From a virus: a stretch of 64,000 nucleotides of DNA. Shown in pieces: positions 1 to 10,399 of this stretch. Position 1 is the stretch's first letter; each line of letters starts with the position of its first letter. The stretch covers positions 23,183-87,182 of the IMG/VR virus record IMGVR_UViG_3300035670_000113; one strand, given 5' to 3'. Both the position numbers and the translations under genes were made by a program. The notes beneath the pieces are model-generated. The model worked only from the letters and a program-made list of their open reading frames with translations, had not been told where the DNA came from and ran no database searches.

Positions 1-9
1 GGAGACTAT

Positions 10-225
10 GTGGCCCCTCTGCTAAAGAGGGTATATGAATTCCTTAGAGATGGCACAAGTTTTAGAGAACAACATTTTTGGAAAATGTTGTGTGAGGATA
101 CTCTAAGTATTCCTAGTGGACCTGCTCTATTTGATCTAATCAGAAGTTTAATAAAAAGTCCGGTCGTTGACTATCTAGAACAGTCACGAGAAAGACTTAT
201 GACATTAAAAAAAGGAGCGAAGTGA
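10..225 (+). CDS. hypothetical protein (may be 5'-truncated by the window edge)
   Basis: ORF track; stop overlaps the next start (GTGA). Confidence 0.5.
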   Translation: MAPLLKRVYEFLRDGTSFREQHFWKMLCEDTLSIPSGPALFDLIRSLIKSPVVDYLEQSRERLMTLKKGAK

Positions 226-1193
226 TGAGAAAAATCCAAGATCTAATTTCCACAAGAAGTGGAGATATTGTTGTGTGTAGTATCTTCAGTAATCTTGGGC
301 TTGCAATCGTTGAAAGATCTCCGGAAAACACTAATGCTCATTACCATCTATGCCAAAATATGGTTAGTGGTAATAGACCAGAAAATTTACATGGCATGAA
401 TTTTGGGTGGTCAGTTGCATATGGAAATGCTTCTAACCTCAGATCCAATTCTACTGTAGTATATTATGTAGTTGATAAAAAGGACTCTTTGGAGAAGATT
501 CTAAGATCTATGGACTTGTTAAAAGAAGAGCGTGATAAAGAATATCCAGATGTTTTGAGACTATTCAAAAAATGGAAAATTGAGGTTGCCAGAATGGGAG
601 AACATTGGAAAAGAAAAGGTCATCTCTATTTGCCAGATAAACAACAAAGACTCTTAAAAAGGGTCTGCGAAACGGATTTAACACTTAAATCAAAAGTGTA
701 TATGTGTTTATACCTAACAAGAGAATTTGGGTCATGGGATATTCCAGAAAAGATCTTCTCATCTAATGATAAAGTACACACTACACCTGCCAGAAGGAGA
801 TCTTCTGGAGATATTTACAGGCATCTCCTTTCTGTTATGGAAGTGAAACTGGAGGATGTAATTGAGGCAATGTATGGTATTTTAGGGAAAAAAGTATTTG
901 CATCAATCCATCCTTCCTTTAGAATAACCTGTTCGTTCTGCTCAACTGTTAAAAGGATGGTATTTTATGGTCACATGTCACCAAGTATTCCTACTAAGGG
1001 AGTTGATGAGTACAGAGGAAGCTTACTTTACTGGAAAATAGTAAACTGGACCAATGAGGATGAGATTTACTCATACCTGTTAAAGAATGGAGCTCCAGGA
1101 GCATGTAATGATGGTAACCCACTAAAATCAATGAGAAATATGATTGAATTATCATACAACTATATCAGAGAAATGGAGAAAACAGCAAAATGA
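222..1193 (+). CDS. hypothetical protein
   Basis: 323 aa ORF, AAGGAG SD, coupled to both neighbours; no motif recognised. Confidence 0.7.
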   Translation: MMRKIQDLISTRSGDIVVCSIFSNLGLAIVERSPENTNAHYHLCQNMVSGNRPENLHGMNFGWSVAYGNASNLRSNSTVVYYVVDKKDSLEKILRSMDLLKEERDKEYPDVLRLFKKWKIEVARMGEHWKRKGHLYLPDKQQRLLKRVCETDLTLKSKVYMCLYLTREFGSWDIPEKIFSSNDKVHTTPARRRSSGDIYRHLLSVMEVKLEDVIEAMYGILGKKVFASIHPSFRITCSFCSTVKRMVFYGHMSPSIPTKGVDEYRGSLLYWKIVNWTNEDEIYSYLLKNGAPGACNDGNPLKSMRNMIELSYNYIREMEKTAK

Positions 1194-2068
1194 AGAAATT
1201 TCTAATACTTATCACTCCCCTGGGAAAGAAATATGCTGGGATGATCAGCAGATCCATTATTTTCCAGGCGAAGAGGGACGGAGAGGATGTCAAAGTTGAC
1301 ATCTCTACTCCAGGATGTAATATGGATGGATACTCGTGCATCCATCCCCGTACAGCCTCTCCAAAGGCTGCATGGCTGTCCAATGCTGAGAAACTCCAGA
1401 CTTTTGGGGTACAAGTAATTAACTCTCCTGCCACTGTAAGACTCACATCTGATAAGATGAGATGTTCTGATGTTCTCATCAGAGCGGGTGTATCTCATCC
1501 GGATAGTATCTCCTACACAAAAGGAGATGTTGCATCTTTCGAGTCGGTACTGGAGTTGCTTAGGGGTGGTTTGGCAATTGCCAAACCTACAACTTCACTC
1601 TCTCAGGGACAGCATGTGACAAAGTTTGATCTTCCCAATTCCTTTGATGAGTTTGAGAGGCTTGTAAATGGAGTTCCTGGAAAGCAAATTGTAGTACAAA
1701 GGTTTGTTCAGTACACAGGAATTCACAGAGTAATTGTAATTGGAGGAGTTCCAAAGAACTTTACTTTTGTTGACAGAGTTTCTTTCCATCCAGAACAGTG
1801 GAAGGTCTCGGTGTGTCTATCCAAAACAAAGAGACTAGTTACTAATCCTCCAAAAGATCTTCTCGATGTTGCTGTAAAAGCACAGATGGCTGTCGGAGGT
1901 GACATCAATTTTATTGATGTCTTTGAGACACCAGATGGTTATACCATGAGTGAGATTAATACAGCATGTTCTCTGATCAAGCACGAGAAAATGGCAAGAG
2001 AAGCCGGAGTAAGGGGGTGGAATATCCATGCCAGTATTGCAAAACTGTTGTTAAGAAAAACAGCTTAA
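1190..2068 (+). CDS. RimK-like ATP-grasp ligase
   Basis: VINSP..V...SDK, AKP..LSQGQHV, VVQRFV, FIDVF....GY..SEINT motifs. Confidence 0.85.
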   Translation: MKKFLILITPLGKKYAGMISRSIIFQAKRDGEDVKVDISTPGCNMDGYSCIHPRTASPKAAWLSNAEKLQTFGVQVINSPATVRLTSDKMRCSDVLIRAGVSHPDSISYTKGDVASFESVLELLRGGLAIAKPTTSLSQGQHVTKFDLPNSFDEFERLVNGVPGKQIVVQRFVQYTGIHRVIVIGGVPKNFTFVDRVSFHPEQWKVSVCLSKTKRLVTNPPKDLLDVAVKAQMAVGGDINFIDVFETPDGYTMSEINTACSLIKHEKMAREAGVRGWNIHASIAKLLLRKTA

Positions 2069-2077
2069 GGAGATAAA

Positions 2078-2821
2078 ATGTATACTATCCTGACAAATGT
2101 AAATTCTGTATTAAGAAAAACTGCCAATATCATGGCAGAAGAACTTGGACAAAAGTGGAGAGTGGTTACAAAGCTTTCTGATGGAGTTCCCCCCACTGTA
2201 AGATGGGGAACATCCAAATCCTGGTTCCAGAAAGATACTGATCTCAACTCTCCATACTGTATAAATACTGCTGGAGTGAAAACGAAATTAGCTGAGGTAT
2301 TGAGAAATGCTGGAATATCTCACGTAGAATTTTTTAATGATACTCCAACGAGATATCCAGTAGTTGTAAGAAAAATGATCAATGTTGGTGGGGGTAGAGG
2401 TATCGTAATTGTTAAGAATGAGAGTGAATTCCAGCAATATATTGGAAATACATTCTCATATTGGTATGACTTTCAATTCGAGTTGGGAGTTCATGTACTG
2501 GATGGTAGAATTGCCAGAGTTTTTAAGAAGGTGTGGCCAGAAGAATTAACTCCCCAAGAGTTTCCAATCAGGAATACCCAACTTGGTTGGGAGTACAGGT
2601 TAAGAAATATTGAAAAATACAAAAAACTCCCACAATTTGTGAGTGGTATTTACAGTGTATTCCCAATAAGGATGTGTAGAATGGATATTGGATGGGATGA
2701 TACCAATAAAACATACAGACTTATTGAGATTAATTCTGCTCCAGATCTGTCTAATAACAGCAACACCAGAGAACTGTACACTAATTTTATTAAGGAGGTG
2801 GTAAATGCCATCACCAATTAA
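2078..2821 (+). CDS. ATP-grasp ligase, phiEco32-like
   Basis: VRWG, YPVVVR, GGGRGIVIV, RMDIGW, LIEINSAP motifs. Confidence 0.85.
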   Translation: MYTILTNVNSVLRKTANIMAEELGQKWRVVTKLSDGVPPTVRWGTSKSWFQKDTDLNSPYCINTAGVKTKLAEVLRNAGISHVEFFNDTPTRYPVVVRKMINVGGGRGIVIVKNESEFQQYIGNTFSYWYDFQFELGVHVLDGRIARVFKKVWPEELTPQEFPIRNTQLGWEYRLRNIEKYKKLPQFVSGIYSVFPIRMCRMDIGWDDTNKTYRLIEINSAPDLSNNSNTRELYTNFIKEVVNAITN

Positions 2822-3920
2822 GGTTCTTGATTGGTTGGGAATAGAGCTGGAAACATCTATTCTTTCCAGAGAAGAACTGTCAAAACTTTTGCAGATTGGA
2901 ATTGGAAAGAACCTGAAAGAATTTGTACAGGACATTCACAGAGATGCAAGTACAGAAAGTCCAATGTATGAGTTTTCCGGATTGAGATTACTAAGATCCC
3001 CGAATGAGGGAGATGTTATATCCTTCATGGGAGATACCCTATATGGGCACAGCTCTGTTGTGGGAGGAGAGATTGTATCACAACCACTAACAGAGGAAGA
3101 GAAGAATGTATTTCTCCACAGAATTATACCCCTTATTTCCAATAATGGGGTATCTGCTGATCCGAGGTCTGCTCTACATTTCCATGTTGGTTTTCCATAC
3201 TACCATGAGAATATGGTAAAAGCCCTCATGGTAGCCAGGGTCGTTGATCCTGTCCTATTCAGAATTGCAGGAATGGGGGGTTTTTACAGAGGAGAGATAA
3301 ACAGCAGTATATTTGCAAGACCTGTAGGTTCACCTCCAGCAGTAAAAGATATGGATAATAGATGGTGGAAAATGAACCCTCTGCGGGCCGTATCTTCAAC
3401 TAATTTGGCAGACTTCTGGAAAATGTATGCGGGTATCTCAGATCTTGAGAGACCCGATAGAAGCTTTCCAATCAGGTATTCAAGTGTTAATCTTTTTTCA
3501 GTGCTCGCACACGGGACTCTGGAATACAGACATTTTAATAGTACAAATATTCCTGTATTTGCATCCAATGTTGGAGGCCTGTGTATGCTGATTACTAAGC
3601 TGATAGATAGACTCAGCATACCTGAAATCAATAATCTGCCAGTTTTGCCTTATATCTTTAATGGTTTTCAGGATAAGGTATTGTTTGACTTGCTGGAGAA
3701 TCTTATAAAGATGGCCAGGAGTAAGGGTATTAATACATGTGTGTCATTAGATGTAATAAAAAATATCTTTAAGGTCACACCGCACCCTGTAATACAAATG
3801 GGAGACTATAAAACTCACTCCAAATACAAATTTAATTCCATGACACCTCAGAAATGTGGTTGGACTGAGTGTAGTCCTCTAGAATCTGGACACATTGATA
3901 TTCATACATTTGGATTTTAA
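2805..3920 (+). CDS. putative amidoligase (Amidoligase_2 type, glutamine synthetase-like fold)
   Basis: LGIELET, GEIVSQPL, ALHFHVG, RY..VNL, HGTLEYRHFNST. Confidence 0.85.
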   Translation: MPSPIKVLDWLGIELETSILSREELSKLLQIGIGKNLKEFVQDIHRDASTESPMYEFSGLRLLRSPNEGDVISFMGDTLYGHSSVVGGEIVSQPLTEEEKNVFLHRIIPLISNNGVSADPRSALHFHVGFPYYHENMVKALMVARVVDPVLFRIAGMGGFYRGEINSSIFARPVGSPPAVKDMDNRWWKMNPLRAVSSTNLADFWKMYAGISDLERPDRSFPIRYSSVNLFSVLAHGTLEYRHFNSTNIPVFASNVGGLCMLITKLIDRLSIPEINNLPVLPYIFNGFQDKVLFDLLENLIKMARSKGINTCVSLDVIKNIFKVTPHPVIQMGDYKTHSKYKFNSMTPQKCGWTECSPLESGHIDIHTFGF

Positions 3921-3932
3921 TTAGGAGACTAT

Positions 3933-5087
3933 ATGTGTAATCTAATATTCGCTAATTTGGGAGATACCAAGCTTAATATTGCTATAATTGAGATTATAGC
4001 ATCCATCGGATCTTTGGCCAGACATGATGACGGGTTTGGTATTTTTTCTCCGGCAACGGGGCTATGGAAAACTGAGCAATCTGCTCATCTGTATAATAAA
4101 CTGGGAAAAAATGTCTTTGATATGTTTAATGGTGTTCCAACAGATGGTGGTGTAATGGGACATATTAGAGCAGCATCTCCAAACATTCCCGTAACAGTTG
4201 AAAATGCTCACCCATTCGATGGAGAGAGATTTGTTCTAGCCCACAATGGGAGGCTATATACGAAAGATGATAAAACACCGGTCGTAGCCAGTGATGAGTC
4301 TACAGGTTCTGACTCTTTGATGTTTCTACACAGGCTGGAAAAGATACCTCTAAAAAAGAATGTATGGAATGGGCTTGTTGATACCATGAGAGAATTTAGA
4401 GGTACATTTGCATTTCTAATCTATGACAAAAGTAGTGAGGAATTTTACGCAGCAAGAGGTAAGAATAAAAAACTATTTATAGCATTTATTGGAGATAGAT
4501 ATGTGATCACGACAGAAGAAAATAATCTAAAATTCTCTGTAAATCTTCTGATAAACATGTCCCAAATACTGGGAAAGGATCTCTCAGATGAGACTGTAGA
4601 TATACAAGAAATTCCAGAAAACTCTATTCATAGATTGGATAAGAATAGCATTGTACATGTTTCAAAGATTCAGGAGACCGAAGATCCAGTGGTGCAACGG
4701 CCTATTACTGTAGGCACAAAATCTGTGAGTGGAATGAAGGGAATACTGTGGGAAGATCCTGTATCCATTAGTAAGTGGGCTAAAGGTCAAGGTCTACTGC
4801 CCAGAGATATGGATGTGATATGGAAAGTATTATTTGGACATGGTATTCTCGCTGCAGAGATGTGGGAGATGGACAAATTTATTAACAAAGTAATTCCAAA
4901 AATATCTGCGGATAAACGTGCATTAAAGTTTTGTCATAAACTCAGAATGTTGCCTTTTTACAGGTATTACTACATGAGACACGTATCCAAGAATGAAAAA
5001 TCTGAATTTCCCTGGAATTTGTGGACTCTAAATGAACTAAGAGAGTTCGCAGATAAAGAGGAAAAATCCAAGAAAGTTGGAGACTGA
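3933..5087 (+). CDS. class II (Ntn) glutamine amidotransferase
   Basis: N-terminal MC nucleophile, HDDGFG, GHIRAAS, NAHPF, AHNG, GSDS. Confidence 0.9.
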   Translation: MCNLIFANLGDTKLNIAIIEIIASIGSLARHDDGFGIFSPATGLWKTEQSAHLYNKLGKNVFDMFNGVPTDGGVMGHIRAASPNIPVTVENAHPFDGERFVLAHNGRLYTKDDKTPVVASDESTGSDSLMFLHRLEKIPLKKNVWNGLVDTMREFRGTFAFLIYDKSSEEFYAARGKNKKLFIAFIGDRYVITTEENNLKFSVNLLINMSQILGKDLSDETVDIQEIPENSIHRLDKNSIVHVSKIQETEDPVVQRPITVGTKSVSGMKGILWEDPVSISKWAKGQGLLPRDMDVIWKVLFGHGILAAEMWEMDKFINKVIPKISADKRALKFCHKLRMLPFYRYYYMRHVSKNEKSEFPWNLWTLNELREFADKEEKSKKVGD

Positions 5088-5088
5088 A

Positions 5089-5871
5089 ATGTATTTTATC
5101 GGACAGAGTAGGATAATGAATGAGCTGTCAGTACTCCTAAAACAGCTGTATAGCTCAAGATCTGGAACTAATATCCTAATCAGAGGACCATCTGGTTGGG
5201 GAAAGACACGTATGGCTCTCGGTATATGTAACTATTTGTCAGGGAGAGATTTCTACATGGCAGTAGGAAGCTACGCTCGAAATGATAAATGGGTACAGTT
5301 TATTGACGAGTGCCACCTAATAAATGATCCAGAATTCATGTATGAAGTTATGGACATGAAAAAGTATGTTATGATATTCTGTACCAATGATGCATCCATA
5401 CTCAAGGAAGCATTTGTTAATAGGTGTACATATAGCTTCTATATGGAGCCATACACCGATGAAGAGCTATTTGAAATGGTAGGAAGATCACTGAGGATAA
5501 GACTTCTTCCTGAATCTATTAAATATTTAATAGATTCAGGAGGTGGAAATCCAAGATTAATTCTAGGATTAGCATCCAGAATTAATACTCTACATGATGG
5601 AGGAGTCATAGAAAGTTTAAGTCATGAGGACTTTGTTAATATTCTCGATAAGTTTATGGGAATTAGGTATAGTTTAAGCCCTGCATGTACCAGGTACTTA
5701 AGTGTTCTTAGAGATATTGGAGGAACTGCATCACTGGATACAATGGCTTCAATGTTAAGAATGGATAAAAGCACGATAAGGTCTGAGATAGAGCCTGTAT
5801 TACTGTACAAAAATTTGATAACCATCTCCAGTAAAGGAAGGAAGATAAAAAATGACAACTACACTGACTAA
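5089..5871 (+). CDS. RuvB-like AAA+ ATPase
   Basis: FIGQ, Walker A GPSGWGKT, Walker B FIDECH, GNPR, C-terminal IEPVLL...SKGR; ATG at 5089 after GGAG preferred to 5077. Confidence 0.8.
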   Translation: MYFIGQSRIMNELSVLLKQLYSSRSGTNILIRGPSGWGKTRMALGICNYLSGRDFYMAVGSYARNDKWVQFIDECHLINDPEFMYEVMDMKKYVMIFCTNDASILKEAFVNRCTYSFYMEPYTDEELFEMVGRSLRIRLLPESIKYLIDSGGGNPRLILGLASRINTLHDGGVIESLSHEDFVNILDKFMGIRYSLSPACTRYLSVLRDIGGTASLDTMASMLRMDKSTIRSEIEPVLLYKNLITISSKGRKIKNDNYTD

Positions 5872-6814
5872 AGTAGTGAGAACAAGTGACGATGTGTTTG
5901 TTTCCAGAACTCTTTATGAGTTCAAAGCAGATCTAGGAAAAGATGTTAAATTTTGCTATGTACCAGCTACAGACATTGTATTGATTAAAAGAACGTCTCA
6001 AACAAATATTGATGTATGTTTCCTGTATTGCATCCACCACAACCATGCTGATATCTGGACAAAACTGGATGGAGATAAAACTGTAACAAGAATTGCTCAG
6101 CTATCTGTCGGAAGTTACGCATTTTACTCATTAAGAGATGAGAGGATCATTGATGATAATGACTTCTCAAGATTTATTCGTAAAGCAAAAATAAGTGATG
6201 AAAGGCCTCTGCTGGCATATATCATAAAGAGTTCACTAAACTCTGGTATTGACAAAGTATACTTTGTTACACCAACAATCAAAGAAACATACGAAAAATG
6301 TATTAGAATGACAGAATCTCGAAATTTCCTTATCGAAATTGCTATTACTGCTCCTGGACAGAGATTATTTGAAGCCCTCAATGTAGCATCAGGTGATTTT
6401 AATGAGTATGACGAGAATGATCATGCTCCTGGAGGTGTTACTGCTGACTTGATGATACCTCAAGAGTCTAACATACCAGAATATTTGTCCTATAATAGAT
6501 TATTAAAGATCAAAAAACAAGTATTCCCAGACGCTACTGATAGAGAAGAAAGACCCCTTACTTTATCTGATGCTGTAGAATCTATTGGTATTAACGTTCT
6601 GCTGGACTCTCTATATCCAGATGACCGTGTAGAACTGGAAATAGACATGATGGAGGACTTCTTTAAGAAGGTAACGCTGACGAAGTTTAACAACGGATCT
6701 GCCATGTGTGCAGTAACATTACAAACACCATCTCATGGTAAGGAGGTATACGATAAAATAGAAAGTTCTCTAGGAACAGATCTTTTCTTCCTGCTTGAAG
6801 GAACGGATATTTAG
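5852..6814 (+). CDS. hypothetical protein
   Basis: 320 aa ORF within the operon. Confidence 0.7.
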   Translation: MTTTLTKVVRTSDDVFVSRTLYEFKADLGKDVKFCYVPATDIVLIKRTSQTNIDVCFLYCIHHNHADIWTKLDGDKTVTRIAQLSVGSYAFYSLRDERIIDDNDFSRFIRKAKISDERPLLAYIIKSSLNSGIDKVYFVTPTIKETYEKCIRMTESRNFLIEIAITAPGQRLFEALNVASGDFNEYDENDHAPGGVTADLMIPQESNIPEYLSYNRLLKIKKQVFPDATDREERPLTLSDAVESIGINVLLDSLYPDDRVELEIDMMEDFFKKVTLTKFNNGSAMCAVTLQTPSHGKEVYDKIESSLGTDLFFLLEGTDI

Positions 6815-6831
6815 TTAGAGAGGAGATAAAA

Positions 6832-7212
6832 ATGCAAGTATTCTGTAGTAAGTGTAAGTGTCCTGTAAAGCTCACTGGAACAATTTCTACTGTTGCAACC
6901 ATTGTTGGGATCTCTCCAACCCCCAGTGGAATGGGTAAAATCACCCTGGGAGAGCGTGGAGAGTTCACCACCGCAGTTACATATAAGTGTTCATCGTGTG
7001 GACACAATGATACCATCAGTAACTCCTACGTGTGTTGCTCTCAGTGCGGAGATCAGTATGAGATCAAGGAGATGTATTGGTCTTATATCACAGGGACCAC
7101 ATGTAGTAAGTGTAAAACATCTGAGACCTTGATAAAAGACTACAGTGATATTCAATCATTCAGATGGCACAGAATGTCCACTATTCTTGGAAAAGGAGAT
7201 ACAAATGAGTAA
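6832..7212 (+). CDS. Cys-rich zinc-binding protein
   Basis: four CxxC pairs; GAGGAG SD. Confidence 0.7.
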   Translation: MQVFCSKCKCPVKLTGTISTVATIVGISPTPSGMGKITLGERGEFTTAVTYKCSSCGHNDTISNSYVCCSQCGDQYEIKEMYWSYITGTTCSKCKTSETLIKDYSDIQSFRWHRMSTILGKGDTNE

Positions 7213-8074
7213 AAAACTTCTATATGGGGCAGATCCTGAGTACTTCGCTACTGAACCTGGAACAGACAATGTAATTCCTCCAATCTTCTTTAGAAAGTTT
7301 GCTGGAGCGTCTGTGGAGGTAGTGAATGGGGCTGAAAATCACCCTATCTTTTTTAAGAGGGGTAAGGCTTTTATCCACGAGGATGGAGCTGCATTTGAAA
7401 TGAGTCTGCCTCCAAGAGAGAGATGGCAAGACCTTTGGGATGATATTCAAGATCTTAAAAATGCTTTTGATCTGTCAGCCTATCCTTTTGTAGAGCCCAA
7501 ACTAAAGGCTCTGCCTACTGCAACTTGGCAAGTAGAAAGATGGTTGGAGACTGGAGATGATGATTTCAAATTCTGTACAAGATTCGGATGTGACCGAGAC
7601 GAAGATGCGTTCCTCATTGAAGAGGAGCAGGATGAAGAGGATGCGTCTCTGCACCCATTCAGATATGCAGGAGGACACGCTCACTTCTCAGGACTTGAGA
7701 TCTTCGAGAGGAGACCTCTGGATGTTGTTAGAGGGCTGGCATTTACTGCAGGAATTTGTGCCATGCTGTACTCTGACACTCCTAAGGAGGATAAGCTCAG
7801 GGTGTACAGATATGGAAAACCTGGAAAATTTCGTGTACAACATTACTCTAATGGGGCGGTTGGTATCGAGTACAGAACTCCATCCACTCGCTGGACGGAT
7901 AACAAAGAACTTGCTCAAAAGATCTTTGAAGCAGCACAATATTGCTTCTATGAGCTTGTACCCTCTGGGAGGGTAGAAAGGATCTATAGTGATATGCGGG
8001 ATACTCTAATTGCTGCATTTAGAGGTATGAATAAATCGGTTCTATCTGATATTCTGAAGGAGGTTATGGTATGA
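7205..8074 (+). CDS. phiEco32-like COOH-NH2 ligase type 2
   Basis: YGADPEYF, EDG.AFE, FGCDRD, FRYAGGHAHF, R..YGKPG.FR, GIEYRTPS; ATG 7205 after AAGGAG. Confidence 0.9.
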   Translation: MSKKLLYGADPEYFATEPGTDNVIPPIFFRKFAGASVEVVNGAENHPIFFKRGKAFIHEDGAAFEMSLPPRERWQDLWDDIQDLKNAFDLSAYPFVEPKLKALPTATWQVERWLETGDDDFKFCTRFGCDRDEDAFLIEEEQDEEDASLHPFRYAGGHAHFSGLEIFERRPLDVVRGLAFTAGICAMLYSDTPKEDKLRVYRYGKPGKFRVQHYSNGAVGIEYRTPSTRWTDNKELAQKIFEAAQYCFYELVPSGRVERIYSDMRDTLIAAFRGMNKSVLSDILKEVMV

Positions 8075-8673
8075 ATGTCCTATTTGCAAGCAGAACTCTC
8101 TCTCAAGCGGTTGCTGAAAAACTCTCAAAACACAATATCTTCTTTTCTGAAAATAGAGATAGGAAAACCACATACGATCTCGTGATTTTTACAGGAGGTA
8201 GCGATATCCATCCAGAGGCTTATGGAGAACGTGTGAATGGAGCAGTCGGCTTTGACACTGATAGAGATAGTCATGAACTGGCACTTCTCCAAGATATCTA
8301 TGGAGGATACATCAAGGTCAGGAAACTTCTAGGAATCTGTAGAGGTATGCAAATGTTACATGTCGCTAGAGGTGGTAGACTTATTCAACACATTCCAAAC
8401 GCTCACAGGTCCTATCATACATTAAAGTGGCTGGAACATGGACCTCTTGATACCTTTGCTATGGTAAACTCTCTACATCATCAATGCATTATTCCGGATG
8501 GAAGACAGAGAGTTTTAGCTATGCATGAAGATGGAGATCCAGAGGCCACTTATTTTTCCTATAATGGAATTGAACAACTTGGAGTTCAATGGCATCCAGA
8601 GTGGATGACCAATGCAGAAGATTTCTTTGATATAATCATCAAATGGGTCAATGGAGGTACTATTGTAAAATGA
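8071..8673 (+). CDS. class I glutamine amidotransferase-like / peptidase C26 (PuuD-like)
   Basis: GGSDIHP..YG, RD..E, GICRGMQ, VNSLHHQ, GVQWHPE triad. Confidence 0.92.
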   Translation: MNVLFASRTLSQAVAEKLSKHNIFFSENRDRKTTYDLVIFTGGSDIHPEAYGERVNGAVGFDTDRDSHELALLQDIYGGYIKVRKLLGICRGMQMLHVARGGRLIQHIPNAHRSYHTLKWLEHGPLDTFAMVNSLHHQCIIPDGRQRVLAMHEDGDPEATYFSYNGIEQLGVQWHPEWMTNAEDFFDIIIKWVNGGTIVK

Positions 8674-8755
8674 TGTTCACAGATATAAAGATTAGATCTC
8701 CCTGTTAAAGATCTATAATCATAAATAATAAACTACAAAGAAAAGAGGAAAACAA

Positions 8756-9490
8756 ATGTTAATCAATGCTAAGATATTACTAATTCCCACATCTATGTAT
8801 GGAAAGAGGTGTGGAAAGATTCCTATTACTAAAGTTAAAGACCCCGCAGAAGCAGTAATACTGGCTGTAGAGAACTGTATCAATGATAGGAATTTTACTA
8901 CGCTTGAGTTGCAAATTGCAGACCCTGTAGAGTGCAGAGAAGTACTGGTTTCAAGGATTATAAGAAACATCAGGGACATTAATTCCATATTTAGGATCGG
9001 TCTCCCTAAAGATAGTGGTGAAAGACCTTCAAGATATAGATCTTTCACTATTGAGATAGAAATGCTGAAAGGATTCTATCCAGAGAAATATAATGCAAAG
9101 ACAGGCACGAAACTCTCACGCATTATAGATGCATCTGTAAAGTTTAATAGAAAGAGAGACAAGGTATACTTTAAGATTGATCCAAAAAATACAGATATCC
9201 TATTTACATCGGCGCAGATCTCTGCATGTCTCCTCTTTCTAAGAACTCCAGATATTGTTGACCGTATAAATGAAATTCCTGGTGCTCTAACTTTTAATAT
9301 CTTCAACAGCCTCACAGATTTAGCAGTATTAAAAAATGATATTCATCTCTTAGAAATACTGGCAGTTTTGCGTGTAATTCAGGGGAGGTCATTTGTACAC
9401 AATGGGCCAATTAACCTCCTTTGGAGATTAGCAGATATTAAAAATATGATAGACAACAAAATTGAAAGAGCAACACAGGTAAGGAGTTAA
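8756..9490 (+). CDS. hypothetical protein
   Basis: 244 aa ORF, GAGG SD. Confidence 0.65.
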   Translation: MLINAKILLIPTSMYGKRCGKIPITKVKDPAEAVILAVENCINDRNFTTLELQIADPVECREVLVSRIIRNIRDINSIFRIGLPKDSGERPSRYRSFTIEIEMLKGFYPEKYNAKTGTKLSRIIDASVKFNRKRDKVYFKIDPKNTDILFTSAQISACLLFLRTPDIVDRINEIPGALTFNIFNSLTDLAVLKNDIHLLEILAVLRVIQGRSFVHNGPINLLWRLADIKNMIDNKIERATQVRS

Positions 9491-9491
9491 T

Positions 9492-9878
9492 ATGCGATAT
9501 CACAAAGAAGTATATGCCCCTCCCTGGTGGGAGAAAGAGGTAGGTGATCTGGTAAAGAAGATTAATTCCAAAGAGGTGAGATGGACAGAACACTCTGAGG
9601 ATAAGTTGTTTGATCTTCCTCCACGTCTAAGAAGAAATATTATTAAATTTATTACTTGCATGTGGATAGATACATCTATGGTATTTGAAGTTTACAGAGC
9701 TGATAGTATCTACAAGTTTTGTCTAAGAGTTCAAAGTCCGATCTCAAACAACGATATGGTAGTAGTAATGACCTCAGACAAAAAAGTTGTAACATTCTAC
9801 TTCAATAGGACAGAAGACATGCACTCAAACCTAAATGAGGAAGTATATGAAAGAGAGGAAAAATGCCAGCAAGAGTGA
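9492..9878 (+). CDS. conserved phage protein, possibly DUF4258/BECR-fold RNase-like
   Basis: YHKEVY start, WTEHS, VVTFYFN..D.H..L...Y ending; fold assignment is tentative. Confidence 0.45.
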   Translation: MRYHKEVYAPPWWEKEVGDLVKKINSKEVRWTEHSEDKLFDLPPRLRRNIIKFITCMWIDTSMVFEVYRADSIYKFCLRVQSPISNNDMVVVMTSDKKVVTFYFNRTEDMHSNLNEEVYEREEKCQQE

Positions 9879-10165
9879 GAAATGTTGTAATCGAGAATGG
9901 AGAGGTGGTGGTTCTTCCAAGCATGGAGGACATTGAAGATCTCAAAATTGGACATGCAAATGGGAAGATGTACTTTGCTACCAGTGACAGGTATCTCTTC
10001 AAACTCCATAATGTGAATGAATCATATATGTGGATAGGTATGTGGAATAGTATTTGCTGTATTGAAAAGACTTTCAAAACAATGGAGGAGGCAATTGTGT
10101 ATATGTTAAATGACAGATACAAGGTAAAACAAATTCCATACTCATGCTTCGATCATATATATTAA
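9863..10165 (+). CDS. hypothetical protein
   Basis: ORF with GAGG SD. Confidence 0.6.
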   Translation: MPARVRNVVIENGEVVVLPSMEDIEDLKIGHANGKMYFATSDRYLFKLHNVNESYMWIGMWNSICCIEKTFKTMEEAIVYMLNDRYKVKQIPYSCFDHIY

Positions 10166-10189
10166 GTACAATTACTAAAAGGAGGCACA

Positions 10190-10387
10190 ATGTTTAAGAT
10201 CTTTGTTAGAATCCTGACGTTTCTTTTCCTGTTTTCAACATCCATGTCCTTTATCTGGATCTACCTGCGAGAGGAATTAAAGTTTGTTCCTGAGAGTGTG
10301 GTAGAAGTACAACTTATGGGGTTAGGATATTTTGTACTAGTGTGTATTGGACTTGGGATCAATCCAGTTGATAGTCTATCCAAGTAA
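10190..10387 (+). CDS. small two-TM membrane protein
   Basis: two hydrophobic stretches; AGGAGG SD. Confidence 0.7.
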   Translation: MFKIFVRILTFLFLFSTSMSFIWIYLREELKFVPESVVEVQLMGLGYFVLVCIGLGINPVDSLSK

Positions 10388-10399
10388 AAAAGAGATAAT

